NCBI GenBank assembly: GCA_010909165.1
Contig: MU008158.1
Span: 893,478 to 957,477 of the forward strand
Source: Anthoceros angustus
Taxonomy: Eukaryota; Plantae; Anthocerotophyta
Length of the DNA stretch: 64,000 nucleotides
Reading direction: 5' to 3'
Shown here: one piece after another, positions 11,201 through 24,400 of the stretch
Layout: the number at the start of each line of letters is the position of its first letter
Position numbering within the stretch: position 1 is the stretch's first letter
Translations under genes and position numbers: made by a program
The notes under the pieces: generated by a model
The model's database searches: none
What the model was told of the DNA's origin: nothing
What the model saw: the letters and a program-made list of their open reading frames with translations, nothing else

Positions 11201-12799
11201 GTCTCTGCTAGTCTTCAACTCCTACCAAGTTCACTGGTGCCGCTCGATTGGTAAAACGTCTGCACGAGCTCGCACTATCTGCTAAAACAGGTTCGCTCAA
11301 GACCGGTATTCTCCTCTGAAAATCAGGCCCTGTTCTGTGGTCTTGATACAGCACCAGCTTCATCACTGAAACACAGTAACTGTTGACTTCAAGAAATGTT
11401 TCTCATTTGCAGCTCAGAATCGGAGCCAGATCCCAGCTACAAAGGAGGAGAAGGCAGATCTATTAAGCCAGCAAGGCTCACTCCCAAGGTGCTCGAGTTC
11501 TGTTCAGCAGAGTTGTTGGTGTACGCCTGAACCGGATTCTTTTCGAATTCGAGGCAAGTCTTACTTGACAAATCGGGTGAAGGTAAACGTCCAACACGTC
11601 AGCCTTAACACTCCGTTAGCCTGGTCATGCTGTCCAAACCAGGATTTCACAGTAATTTCACAGAGGTCCGTGAAATTACTGTGTGCTTGCTCCTTCATAC
11701 GAACGACAACCAGTGTGTATTGGGAACCGTTTGCTGTGAAATCCAGGTAAAAGGCGGTGATCCCATTATGCAGCTGGTGGCTTGTGATTGGATTAAATCC
11801 AGTGAGACGGAGAACCATCTTGCCAGTAGACCGGGCAGCCTTGTACGAGAGAAGGTACGAAACAGCGTTACATACTTCCTTATGGAATCCGTATTTTCAT
11901 GGTGGTTTGTACCACCTTGTTTGTTCAGGGGAGGGAGACCAGCGGAGCATTTTTCTTCCTCATCAATATTCAAGTAAGAGGATTCTCATCATTCCAATGG
12001 CTAGAATGAGCATGTGTCGACATACATGGATCTGGTAGTTGATGCACTTGCCATCCTGAGGATCCGTTGTCCGAATTATATCAGGTTCCTGGAGCAACAA
12101 ACTATGCATTGCTGCTTTACTTCATGACACACAGTCCCCTTGAGACTTACCCACTGCTGAAGACATTCGTTGAAGCAGATGATAGATATCGAAATTCAAG
12201 GTTCAAGCTTATTCCCAACATCGCAAAGGTGAAGCAGGTGCTGTGTGGTGGTTAATTCTGTATGTTTTGCTCCTTCCGATTGTTAACCGGCTCCCTGCCA
12301 TATCAGGGTTCATGGATTGTCAAACAAAGTGTTGGAAAGACGGCCTGTCTAGTTGGTCAAGCTTTGGAGATCAATTACTACCGAGGGGATAACTACATTG
12401 AGGTTTCTGTATTTGCCACCACCTCACCAACTCAGTCAACCTTCTAAATCAGCAAGCATCTACTGAACTGGTAGTGTGGGTTGCAGGTTGATGTCAACAT
12501 AAGCTCTTCGTCCGTAGCTACAAGGGTTGTGAACCTCGTGTTGGGCTATCTAGGCAAGCTGGTGATTGAGATGGCTTTCTTGATCCAGGTAATCGGCTCT
12601 CCAGTCATCTTGCGCCTAGAAGCTCTCAGCTTGAACGGTCAGAAATATGTAACTAGGATGATAGATTGATAGAGCGTTTGGTTGTCGCACGAGCTGAATG
12701 CAGGCAAACTCTGAAGAGGAGCTTCCAGAACAATTGCTGGGCACGTGTAGGGTGGTTCATTTGGACGTAGGTGAAGCAGTTGCTGCTCCCGCCGAGTAG
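8246..12799 (+). CDS. PH-START-DUF1336 lipid-binding protein (EDR2-like family), many exons
   Basis: PH exons (MEGWLYLISSRLFSGRPQKRYFVL; DHLK|FGAPSAEEAALWI), START exons (PWKIFGCKNG, WDFCYLRGEVIERLDGHTDIIHK, LLRYWRREDDGSY), DUF1336 exons (RNSRFKLIPNIAK|GSWIVKQSVGK, ANSEEELPEQLLG). Stop TAG at 12797-12799. Start codon tentative. Confidence 0.9.
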
Positions 12800-13035
12800 A
12801 AGTATTGTTGACTTGGTTGCCGGTATGTATGTGATTGAACTAGGTGACATAAGCACACAGAAAAAAAACGGCAGATTGAGGACCACACGGACCAAAGATC
12901 GTTCATAAAACCTGCGCATTGCTTTTGGAAGCCACGTCTTCACTTCAGCTCAGCATCACTTCAGCTCAGCATTTGTATAGGTTTTGGTTTACTGATGAGT
13001 AAAACTCTTAACTAAGTCTCACAATAAAGGTATTA

Positions 13036-14779
13036 GGCTTGCCTAGGTATGGAATACCGTTCTCGTCACGAGGCTTCGTGTGTGTGACTTTGTTTTTTTT
13101 TTGTGTACATATATTATACGTATATTATATATATTATACTTATGTATAATATACGTATAATATTTACCACATCAGCTTCCATAGATTCGTACGAGCAAAA
13201 ACTTTCTATGACAGTTTTCGCCTGGTGTTCCCATTGTGTCATGCACATGTTTTGTTGTTTAGGGTTTAGGGTTCCGATCACCACACATACATGTTAAGCA
13301 AAAACTTTCTATGACACAGTTTTCGCCTGGTGTTCCCATTGTGTCATGCACATGTTTTGTTGTTTAGGGTTTAGGGTTCCGATCACCACACATACATGTT
13401 AAACAGGTGCCCAAGACACACATACACAAATTTTTTGGGCGCAAGTTTGGCCCTGTGTCGGGTTTCCTTTTCCTGAAGGCCTCACTATCGTGTGCATGCT
13501 TCTTTCTCGCGCGACCATCGCTACAACACGGAGGTAAGGCTTGTGCATCGTCTGCATAAGGGGCTCAGCATCTTCACAGGTTTAGGGTCTGTTTGTGACA
13601 CAACATCTGATGGCATTGACAGGGCATCCAAGCCACTGAGGACAACCTCATGCCTTGTCCAGGCCATCAGAAGCACAGAAGCATTCAAAGTGATACCCTA
13701 AGCCACAGAACGAAAGCCCACACTTGGGCTCACTCATGCTTGCACAATTGCCGCCATAAAAACCACATGTTCAAGTTTGCACTCCCATCTCATGGTGGGA
13801 GATCTCAAAACACCTACCTACAAAAACAACTACAAACCACCTACAAACCATGCTCCACTCAATCTGGAAAGAGTCGTAGAGCAGGGCCTCCATCCTCTTG
13901 TGCCCCAGAGCGTGGCCCTTGGGCTTCTGAGTTCGGAGGCTGCCTCGGCGCAGCCTGAGGGGGAGGAGCCCGCAACAAGGAAGAGCCAAGTGCAGCCGGC
14001 TGTGCCATAGCATGGCGAGGTACCGTCGGCTGATATGTACCGCCTGCACAGTCTTGGCGACATTGTGCGAGGGAGGCACCGCCGAGTACTGCGGCGATGG
14101 GCGTTGAAGCCATCTTGTGGGCGTGGGCGGGGATCAACCTCGCCTGCTATGTGGTGCAGTAGGCCCTTTGAACTTTACACTTGGGCACTACAGGTCTTTT
14201 TGAGTGCAAGCCTTGTGTCTGTGCGATTGTTTTCATGGAAGCCCTTCTTGTGTTGGTCCTTCTAGTACAAACTTGTTTCAGGGTACTTGGTAGTATATGA
14301 AACTCCACCCCCATAGTCAGTAGCAAACATTGCAGCCCTGTAGCCAGTGCCAAAGATTGCAGCCCTACATACAAGGGCAAACGCACTCAGCCGCACAAGA
14401 AACACAAACGCTGAGTGCAATCCAAACGCATCCGCAAACGTTGAGCGCAGTGTAAACGCATCCGCACACATATGCCACCCAGCAGATGCATGATGCAAGG
14501 GCACACAAACGCCCATGAGAAAATGCAACCCTAAACCCTAGCCTCAAGTGGGCAAAAGAAAAAACGTTTAAGTGTATGATGCATACAAAGTTTGTGTGCA
14601 TCATGAGCATGACGACATCGGTACACTAGGGGGCCACAGCCAAGACCGATGTGGTCATGCGTGACATAATGAAATAGTTCCGCCGTATGTGGCGGGACTA
14701 TTTCTTTCTGTCCACAACCCTAAAAAAATGTGGATGGCGCGTGACCAGTTCGATATTCCATACCTAGGCAATATGGCTC
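13036..14779 (-). mobile_element. Non-autonomous TIR DNA transposon (possibly PIF/Harbinger-like) with a decayed Cys-rich ORF
   Basis: 32-bp inverted repeats at 13039-13070 and 14740-14771, 28/32 identical (ttgcctaggtatggaata...gtcacg). TTA trinucleotides flank at 13033-35 and 14780-82. Telomere-like tttagggtttaggg and accctaaaccctag lie near the two ends. Confidence 0.7.
13195..13402. repeat. 103/105-bp tandem duplication inside the TIR element
   Basis: gcaaaaactttctatgac...gtttagggtttagggttccgatcaccacacatacatgttaa at 13195-13297 and 13298-13402. Confidence 0.95.
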
Positions 14780-15329
14780 TTAATCCTATCTCATTTGGTA
14801 CAAGGTGTAATACCTTCACGATCTCTCTTATAGAGTAATAAACTTCCTACAATAAATGGACGAGCAATGAACTTACAAGGGGTTATTGATGCACAAGCCC
14901 ATGGGCTACCACGTATGTTGCTAGGAGGGTATTGTAGGTAGATGTCTGCAATGACCAGACCCTGTTACATGCATACATGGATATGTGAAACCTACAGGCA
15001 GAGCTGCTTCCTGCAAGATCGATGAATAGCGAGTCACCAAGCACTGGACACATGCACAAGGGTAGTCCATGGCCAGCAAGAATGCTTGTAAGGTCAAGAC
15101 ACAGGAGCTTAAAAGCTATACAGTGAGCACAAAGGCACGGCCTTGTTCATTGCTGAATGCATTGTTACAAAATAGCAAAGGCTGCTGCATGTAGTGGGAG
15201 CCTGTTGCTAAAATTGGTGCTATTTTTGAATCCTTGATGCTTGCTGAAATCCCAGGTGCCTACAGATTGTGAGTATACGTTGCCGCAAGAGCCACCTACT
15301 CAAAAATAAAAAGCTTCAATCTAACTACA

Positions 15330-17609
15330 CTAATCCTATTTCATAATGTCTCATTCTCCTTCCCGCACATTAGCACCTAACGGCTACCTGGATACCTTAC
15401 CCGCCCGGTTTGTTGAATTAGAATTGATCAATTTGATCACCTAGTTGCGTAGGTCATCCTCTCTCTCCAAAGGGCAATTTCCGCCTCTACCCTAGTTGTG
15501 CGTCCTCACCTTTGTGCTAAACCTGTGTGGTCTCCTACCTTGTCCTCTTTGCATAAGGGACTAGCTCGGGCACGCCAGATTATGCGCACGACTAACAGTT
15601 CATCGGGCATTGCGATTTTTCGGACAGCCAGAAATGAGTACTTTCGCATGGTTAAAATGGCCAAGAAGGACCATTGGAAGACCAAGAGGAGACCTCTTCT
15701 TTTTCTGTTCTTCACGTCTGGCCTTATCTCTCAACTTCAATCTATGGGTGGCAACACTAGTTGGATTGATGACACTGGGGCATATACCACTGCTCCTTCA
15801 TGCAAGAAGTCCACAAAAAAGCTTCAAGCTATGCTACATGTAGCTTCAAAGTGGGCCTCCACGCACCTCGTGGAGTTTGATCTCAACAAGTTCGAGCTCA
15901 TTCGTTTTTCTCTCAAGCACAAGGAAAATATTAAGGAGTATACTCTTTCTCTGCCCGATGGCTTTCTTATTACTCCCTCAGAGTGTGTCAAATTCTTGGG
16001 CTTTTACTTAGACTCCAAGTTAACTTGGAACACCTATGTGCAATATGCTTCGGCTTCATCTATGCGTACTCTATCAGCTATTATCTCTCCTGGTACCTCT
16101 GTTTGGGGACTCGAAGCTAACCTCCTGCGACAACTATATGTTACTGTTGTTTTGCCTAAACTTGATTATGGCTGCGGTGTTTGGTTTAATGGTGGGCGCA
16201 CGCATATTCAACATCTTCAGCGGGTTCAACATCTAGTTTGTAAGGCAATTACTAGCGCACTTTGAAGGACCTCCACTAAGGCCCTTGAATTTGAAGCTTT
16301 CCTTTTGCTCACTGAGATCCGTCTTCAACGCCATTCTCTCCGCTCTCTTCTCTGTAACCTCTGACCGTAGCCGACTCACCCTCCTTTCCCAAGCTCCTCT
16401 CTACTTGGTGTTACAATTGCCCACCCCTACTGCCATTGAGACCATTTTCCCTCGCCTTGTTCCCCCTTGGGCTCCCCCCTGTCTTTACCCTCAACCACTC
16501 TGATTTTACCATCTCCTGAGTTAGCTATTGCCTCACATTCTCAGGTATCTGCTGGCTCTTAATACCCTTGCAATTTACACTAATGGTTCCCTCATGGATG
16601 GTAAAGCTGGAGGGGCGGCGGTTTTCTATTTCAATAGGGATCATGTGCATCAATTGTATTTTGGTTTAGAGACTTATTATGGGATTTTTGAGGCAGAACT
16701 CCTTTCTGGGGTTAAGGCCATCTCGTACCTACCTACTCTTTTAGCCACACTCTCTGGGGTTCGCTCAGTTAACATATTCATTAATAACCAAGCAGCTATC
16801 TTGTCTTAAACTGACACATTTGCGCGCTCCTCCCAGGCTATCTCAATACGGGCTCGAGGCGCTCTCCATGGCCTCTCTCTTGCTCACCCTCAAGTTTCCC
16901 TAAACCTCCACTGGATTCCGGGCATAATAATGTAGTTGGCAATGAGCTGGCAAATGTTACTGCTAAGGCAGCCACTCTTCTTCCAATTTCCAGTGAAGAC
17001 TGTACCTTATCTGTGTCCAGAGGGCATCAACAGATTCATGTAGCAAGTTTGCAGGAGTGGCATGTACAATGGGCCTCATCTACTAAAGCTTCTGCGCTAA
17101 AGCGAGTGGTGCTTGGTGGCCCCTCGGCGTCGGTGTTACAACGTCTTGGCCTTCATGATCGTAAAGTCTCATCCTTTCTCACCCAGTTACAAACTGGGCA
17201 TACGACTATTGGGGCTTATTTCAAGCGATTCAACATTGCTGTAAACCCATTTTGTGGGAAATATATGTCTTTCGAAGAAACCCGCCAGCACATCCTTGGT
17301 CAGTGCTTGGCTACCCGCAACAAGTGGGACCAGATTTTCCAGGGCTCTTACTATGATATGCGCCAACTCCTCAGTATTTCCAAACTCAGAGGGAAACTTA
17401 TATCTTACTTCAAGCTGATTGGCGACTACTTTTAGTGCAGGTTCCTTAGCAAAGCTATTTAGTCTTCTGATCTTTGTTTGATCTACTTTCTTTGCTTTTA
17501 CGCTCTTCCAAATGTCACTTCATTCATGTTCTTGATTCCTGTTCAGGCGTCATAACCTCATGACTGTATACGCCTAATGATTTATAAATAAATAAATAAT
17601 AAATAAAAA
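15330..17609 (+). mobile_element. 5'-truncated, internally deleted LINE with RT, RNase H and C-terminal zinc-knuckle region; (TAAA)n tail
   Basis: RT end (WIDD, KFELIRF, VKFLGFYLDSKLTW, LRQLYVTVVLPKLDYG), RNase H (IYTNGS, FEAEL, IFINNQAAI, LHWIPG, GNELAN), QLQTGH...C...EETRQHILGQC, A-rich tail at 17583-17609. 5' boundary approximate. Confidence 0.85.
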
Positions 17610-18420
17610 TCTTACACTTCCATCGGTATTTAAATGGGGTGCTAGAGGCTTCTTTCCCTCGGTGCTAGAGGGAGTGGAACTTCTTTTTCTTCTACTCAGT
17701 TCATTTTGGTCTACGTTTTATCAAATTGTTTACGATCGTGAAATTCTGTTCGGGGTGTTCCGCTAAAAATGAAAACTGTTTGCAGTCGTCTTATAGTCCC
17801 ACGACCGGGTGTATCGTTGAATGACAGAAGGATCCGGAGACGGCTCGGTGAGAGGAGTAACCAGGCGGGGATGTGAGGTTAGGGGATTGTAACCTAGGCT
17901 GCGACACAGGCACAGGCGCGGCGGTTACGCGAGGTCCCGCCGAGGCAGGTGGCTCGGGCCGGGCCGGAGTCGGAGGTCCTGTGGCCTGCAGACTCTCTCT
18001 CAGGCTTTTCTTTGCCTCGTGGCCCAGCGAGCAAGTGAGCAAGCAACAAGGGTTTGAGCCAAGGGAATGCCCGCAACGCAACTGGATGCGAGCAGGAGAA
18101 GAGGCGAGTGCCGATCGTTGACGGCAAAGTGTGCAAATCGGCGCGCAAATGCGGACTCCCTTGCCTGACTGCCTCGCGTCCGATCGTAGGCGGCTGCCAT
18201 GCTGAATCTTGCGGGCGCAGGGGAAGAGGCGGCCAGGAACGCGCAGGCCGGGGCGGGGGATCCCATGTCTGGCCGCCTGCAGCGCACGCGCCCCTGCCTG
18301 CGGCGGCGACGCGACGCAGCGTGCCGGAGCACGCTGCGGCTGAGAGTGAGTGACGGGGTGGGCCGGCGCCAGCATGATTCATCAGATCGAGGAGTCGGCA
18401 GTTACGGCGGCGTCGGGGCG

Positions 18421-21400
18421 ATGGAGAATTCCATCGTGTCCGTGAGGCAGGAGAAGAGTGTGGCGCGGGGGGCTGAGAACGGGGACGAGCAGCCCCGGGA
18501 GGGAGGGCAGGAGTCGGTGCAGGTGGAGAAGCGCGGGGAGCATGCGGCCGTGTGTAAATGGACAATTTCGCAGTTCTCTAAAGTGAAGGCGCGTGCATTG
18601 TGGAGTAGGTATTTTGAAGTAGGTGGCTACGACTGCCGGCTGCTGGTTTATCCGAGGGGAGATTCCCAGGCTCTGCCTGGCTACCTCTCCATTTACTTGC
18701 AGGTCACTGATCCGAGGGGCTCCTCCTCCTCCAAGTGGGATTGCTTTGCCAGTTACAGGCTCTGCGTGGTCAACCAGCGCGACGAGTCCAAATCCATTCA
18801 GCGGGACTCGTGGCATAGATTTTCGGGGAAGAAGAAGTCGCATGGCTGGTGTGATTTTACCCCCTCTGTAACCATTCTGGATGGCAAGGCCGGTTTCCTT
18901 GCCAACGAGTCGGTGCTCATTACGGCCGAAATTCTGGTGCTCCATGAGTCTGTCCAATTTTCCAGGGAGAACGAGCTCCCGGCATCGTTGGGACCTGTGC
19001 CGGAGGTGCTCAGTGGCAAGTTCACCTGGAAAGTGCATAACCTCTCTCTCTTCAAGGAGATGATCAAGACTCAGAAGATTATGAGTCCGGTGTTTCCGGC
19101 AGGGGAGTGCAATCTCCGCCTCAGTGTTTATCAGTCATCCGTCACTGGTGTGGATTACTTGTCCATGTGCTTGGAGAGCAAGGATACGGAGAAGTCAGTC
19201 TTGCCAGAACGGAGCTGCTGGTGCCTGTTTCGGATGTCGGTGCTCAATCAGCGAGCAGGAATGAACCACATGCACAGGGATTCCTATGGTCGATTTGCTG
19301 CAGACAACAAGAGTGGTGACAATACTAGCCTAGGATGGAATGACTACATGAAGATGGCAGATTTTGTGGCTCCTGACATGGGCTATTTGGTGGATGACAC
19401 TGCAGTATTCAGTGCCTCGTTTCACGTTATCAAAGAGAACAGCAATTTCTCTAAGAATCTGGGTCAGGCAGCTGGGCGTGCCAACCCCAAGAAGACCGAT
19501 GGGTATCAGGGAAAGTTTATCTGGAGAATAGAAAATTTCACTCGCCTCAAGGATCTGCTGAAGAAGCGCAAGATAACAGGTCTTTGCATTAAAAGCCGTC
19601 GCTTCCAGGTGGGGAACAGGGACTGCCGGCTCATTGTGTATCCACGAGGTAAACATTGTACACTCAGCATGAAAATGCATTTCCAGAGCAAGTAGCTTTG
19701 TTACACCAACTTATATTTAAGACAACTTAACAGCCCCATCTTGCTGGTCAGCATTGAGGATCAGTTATGCTTAGGCTGTGCTGCAGCCATTGGGGAAGAT
19801 GGGCCCATACTCAGCTGACCTTAGCATCTGAGCCCTGCTGATTTAGAGGACAAAGAATGGAAAGGATTTCTAAGGGTTGGAAGTTAGGTGGTAGATCCCC
19901 GGCTGGAGGAATTGTTGCCTGTCCTTCCAGGTCTGTCTTTGACCCTCTGGAGCTTCAGTACAAAAACTGTCTTGAACACAGTTTGGTATTTGTGGCAACC
20001 GGTTTGATCTGTCGGCGTGTGGGGAGTATGGACAGTCAACTTTGGTAGAGGCTGTAAAGTGATCAGAAACTCTAGTCAAGACATGTAGACTGTAGAGTTT
20101 GTATAGGAGGATGTTGGTGTCCGAGCTGTACAAATCTGTGCTTTAATATCTCTAGAGATACTAGTCAGATGTGTTTGTCTATTGTGTTGAATATGTAATT
20201 TCATGTTCTAGTAACCCTGTTGTTTGTTGCAATGTAGGTCAATCTCAACCTCCTTGCCACCTCTCCATGTTTCTTGAGGTCACAGATCCTCGCAACACAT
20301 CAGCAGATTGGAGCTGCTTTGTCAGTCACCGTTTATCTGTGGTTAATCAGAGATCTGATGAGCGGTCTGTCACAAAGGAATCACAGAACAGATACTCAAA
20401 GGCTGCAAAGGATTGGGGCTGGAGAGAGTTTGTCACGCTCACCAGCCTCTTTGATCAAGATTCTGGATTCCTTGTGCAGGATACAGTTGTATTTTCTGCT
20501 GAAGTTCTGATCTTGAAGGAGACCTCAACAATGCTTGAGCTTCCTGATTATGATTTGGAGGGCTCAACTGTAGGAAATGAGACTGGTAGAATTGTCAACC
20601 GCGGGACTTTCACCTGGAAAGTGGAAAATTTCTTGGCTTTCAAGGAGATAATGGAGACGCGGAAGATCTTCAGCAAGTTTTTCCAAGCTGGTGGCTGTGA
20701 GCTGCGTATCGGTGGGTTAAATTACGTGGGCACATTTTGCACATGGTCTCTTAAATCAAGCGGCTCGTAAAAAAGATTGATCATATGAAAGGTGCTTTGA
20801 TGTAGTAAATAAATTGAAAGTTTGGTTTGTGATGCTTCTGGGCTTTTTGTGGTTGGATTGGGAGTATAACTTGGTGTGTCCATATGCACTTATGTTTATG
20901 TTTCTTGTCAGTGATAGGTGGGTTAATCTTTTAAAGAAGGAAGTATTGATTTTGTTGTGGATTGTGGGTTTGACTAGTTATTTATTAGCAGCTTCTGCAT
21001 GCCAGATTTTCCACACCTGGTTGCTGGCTTTTAGGTGGGTGTCTTGGTCAAGGAGGTGTTCTGTGCATTTTTTTGTGGGGTAACTACTCTGGATCGATCA
21101 CTATTGTTGCCGGTTCTGTGTTCCTGAGCCTGTGTAATGTGATTGTGAACAGGTGTTTATGAATCATTTGACACCCTCTGCATTTATTTGGAGAGCGACC
21201 AGTCAGTGGGAGCTGATCCTGACCGGAATTTCTGGGTCAGGTATCGCATGGCTGTTGTAAACCAAAAGCATGGAGATCGCACAAATTGGAAGGAGTCATC
21301 TATATGCACCAAGACCTGGAATAATTCTGTGTTGCAGTTTATGAAGGTGTCGGAGATGGTGGAGCCAGATGCAGGCTTTCTTGTCCGAGATACTGTTGTG

Positions 21401-24400
21401 TTTGTGTGTGAAATTCTGGACTGCTGTCCATGGTTTGAGTTCTCTGATTTGGAGGTACTGTGACATGTATATCAATGACTTTCTCCCAATTGTTGATGAT
21501 TCCTGATGTCCTGCTGAGACTCTTGTATCGCTGATGTGGTGACATTTTTCTGCAGGTCTTGATGTCGGATGACGAACAAGATGCGTTGTCCACCGATCCA
21601 GATGAGTTGTTGGACTCAGATGACAGTGATGGAATAAGTGGGGATGAGGAAGATTTATTCAGAAGCTTGCTTGCACGAGCTGGTTTTCATTTGAGTTATG
21701 GTGACAACCCACCACTCCTCCTGGATCCCTCGCAGCTGCAAGTTACACTAAGGGAGAAGTTATTAATGGATGCAGGGGCTGTGGGCACCTTTTTGAATGG
21801 TCTTCGAGTCTACTTGGATGACCCTGCTAAAGTGAAAAAGTTGCTTCTTCCCACAAAGACATCCCCTGCGTCTACAGGGAAAGACATGGGGACTAAAGCA
21901 GAGGCAACGTCCCCCAGCTTGATGAACTTGCTTATGGGTGTTAAAGTACTCCAGCAAGCAATTGTGGACCTGCTGTTGGACATCATGGTGGAGTGTTGCC
22001 AACCTTCAGAAGCAAAGAGAACTAGTGATCCTGTGGAGGTCAAGACCCGTGTGATACCTGATATAGGCAATATTCATGGCAAAAATAGCAATGACTGGAG
22101 AGGTGGTAGGGCATCTTTGGACACAAGAGATGCTGGTCTTAATTCAATTGAGCAAAGATTGGAAGTTGGGTTGGATGGAGTGACTGGGGCACAGGCAGTG
22201 CAAAGCAGTGACTCGTCGGCAATTGATGGGCCGGTGGGAAGGACTGCGGCGTTTCCAGTGTCGCTGCTCACGGAATCTCCAACACCAGAGGCATTTGTGT
22301 TAGATACTGTAAACCAGACGCAGAAGGTGGGTGATTTCCTTTGTACCTCTTATGTCCATTGTTTAAGTGCATTTGTCATTGCTGGATTGTTCCAAGCTCA
22401 CTATGTAATTTTGTTGGCAGACGAAATGGCCAGAGCAATCCGATGAGCTTCTAGGTTTGATAGTGAATTCTCTCAGGGCTTTGGATGGGGCAGTGCCTCA
22501 AGGTTGCCCAGAGCCGCGTCGAAGACCCCAATCAGCACAGAAAATATCCTTGGTACTGGAAAAGGCCCCCAGGCATTTGCAAGCAGATTTGATAGCTTTG
22601 GTACCAAAGCTTGTTGACTCTGCAGAGCATTCTCTTGCTGCCAATGCTCTGCTTAATCGCCTGCGAAAACCTGATGCGGAGCCTGCACTTCGTCTTCCAG
22701 TACGTTCAAGTTCTCTGTCTGTTAGTTTGTTCTGTCTGCTTTTTTTTGATTCAGCAGTCCTTGGATTTTGCAAGAACCTGGTGCAGCCCTTAGCTGCTTA
22801 TGGTCGTTTGGCAGGTTCTGGGAGCGTTGAGCCAATTGGAAGTAACCAGCGATGTATGGGAGCAGGTCTTACAGCAGGCTCTTGATATTCTGCCAGAGTC
22901 CAATGATGAGCCCTTGGCTGCAGTCATGAGCTTTGTTTTCAAAGCTGGAGCTGAATGCCAGCAGTTGCCACAGGCGGTATGATGGAACTTGCCATCCTTG
23001 TGTGTTGGGCAATTCTGGAGATTATGTTGTCCTGGACTTGTGAACTTACTAGCTTCTGTTGCTGAACAATGTAGGCAAAGGCAGTCCGGGGAAAGTTAAA
23101 AAGGCTGGGCCCGGCTGTTCCACCGCAAGTCCTTGATGTTGTGCGGAGTACTGTGTGCACACGAATAGATGTTGCCGAGGCACTACTCAGAGACATTGAC
23201 ACCGATTGCGAGTGTAGTGAGAATGAGATGTCGTCACCATCAGCCGGTCTGGATTTTGTAGACCGTGAAGGTGGAGCCGCTGAGCAGCTTCAGGCTGCCG
23301 CTGAGCAGGTTGCAGCAGCATGCTGGCGAGTGGCGGATGTTGACATCATTGTAGAGATGTTAACAGTTTCATCCTTGAGATTAGAGGCACAACGTGTCTT
23401 TGAGCGGGCCATCTCGAGAGGAGCTTTTGGGGAGCAATCTGTTGTGATGGTCTTGGAGAGACGTCGGTCTCAAAGGCTGGATGGGAGATGCAGAGGATCT
23501 GCACAGAGTACTGAGTCTCTGATTCCTAGCACCATGAGCCTTTCATTGCCAGAGGATGAGGATGACTTTCCAGCAGTACTGGGACTTGCCGAATCCTTGG
23601 CTCTTTCTAGGGATACAAGGGTCAGGGAGTTCGTGAGTACATTGTATGCTGTTATGTTCAAGGTATATGGTGATGAAGGGTATCGTGAGCGCATGCTCCG
23701 TGGACTAGTTGAAAGAGCCACAAGCAGTAGCAGTGGTCTTCCTGAGATAGAATTAGGAATGGACATCTTGACATTGATAGTCAGGGAGGAAGAAGGTACT
23801 GCTCGCCCCGCTCTGAGCATGATGCGCGAGGCAGCTGAGGTAGCCAATGCTGACCGTAATGCCTTGTGGCAGCAATTACGTGTCAGTGGGGAGGAAATTA
23901 CCCGCGCTCGGAATGACCGACAGGGTGAGATAACACGCCTCACCAGAGAGAAGGCTGCAATGGCTCAGAGACTTACAGATGCAGAAGGAGCTCAGAATCG
24001 CCTGAAGGTTAGAGAGAATGATGGTCATATGGTTTGGTGAATTGGGAGTTGGCAGTGGTGTAATGGCTGTTCTGACGGTTAGTCATTGGGGTGTGTGCTT
24101 GCAGGCTGAAATGAAAGCAGAGGTGGACAAGTTTGCTCGAGAGAAGAAAGACTTGGCTGAGCGACTTCGCGAGGCTGAGAATCAGTTGGAGTGGGTACGG
24201 TCTGAGCGTGATGAGGAGATTACAAAACTGGTTGGCGAGAAGAAGTCTCTTCAAGACCGCCTTCGAGATGTGGAGTCTCAACTGACACAGCTCAAGTCTC
24301 GCAAGCGAGATGAATTGAAGGTATGAGCAGATGCGACTTGTCAGTGGTCTGGTGTCCTGTGCTATCTGTAGAGGTATAGTGGCTGTGGCACTTCTTCTCC

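Noticed and set aside
18199-18420. Longer in-frame start for the MATH gene
   Set aside because: The ORF-track start adds a GC-rich low-complexity leader; homology begins after the ATG at 18421. Not excluded, but unsupported.
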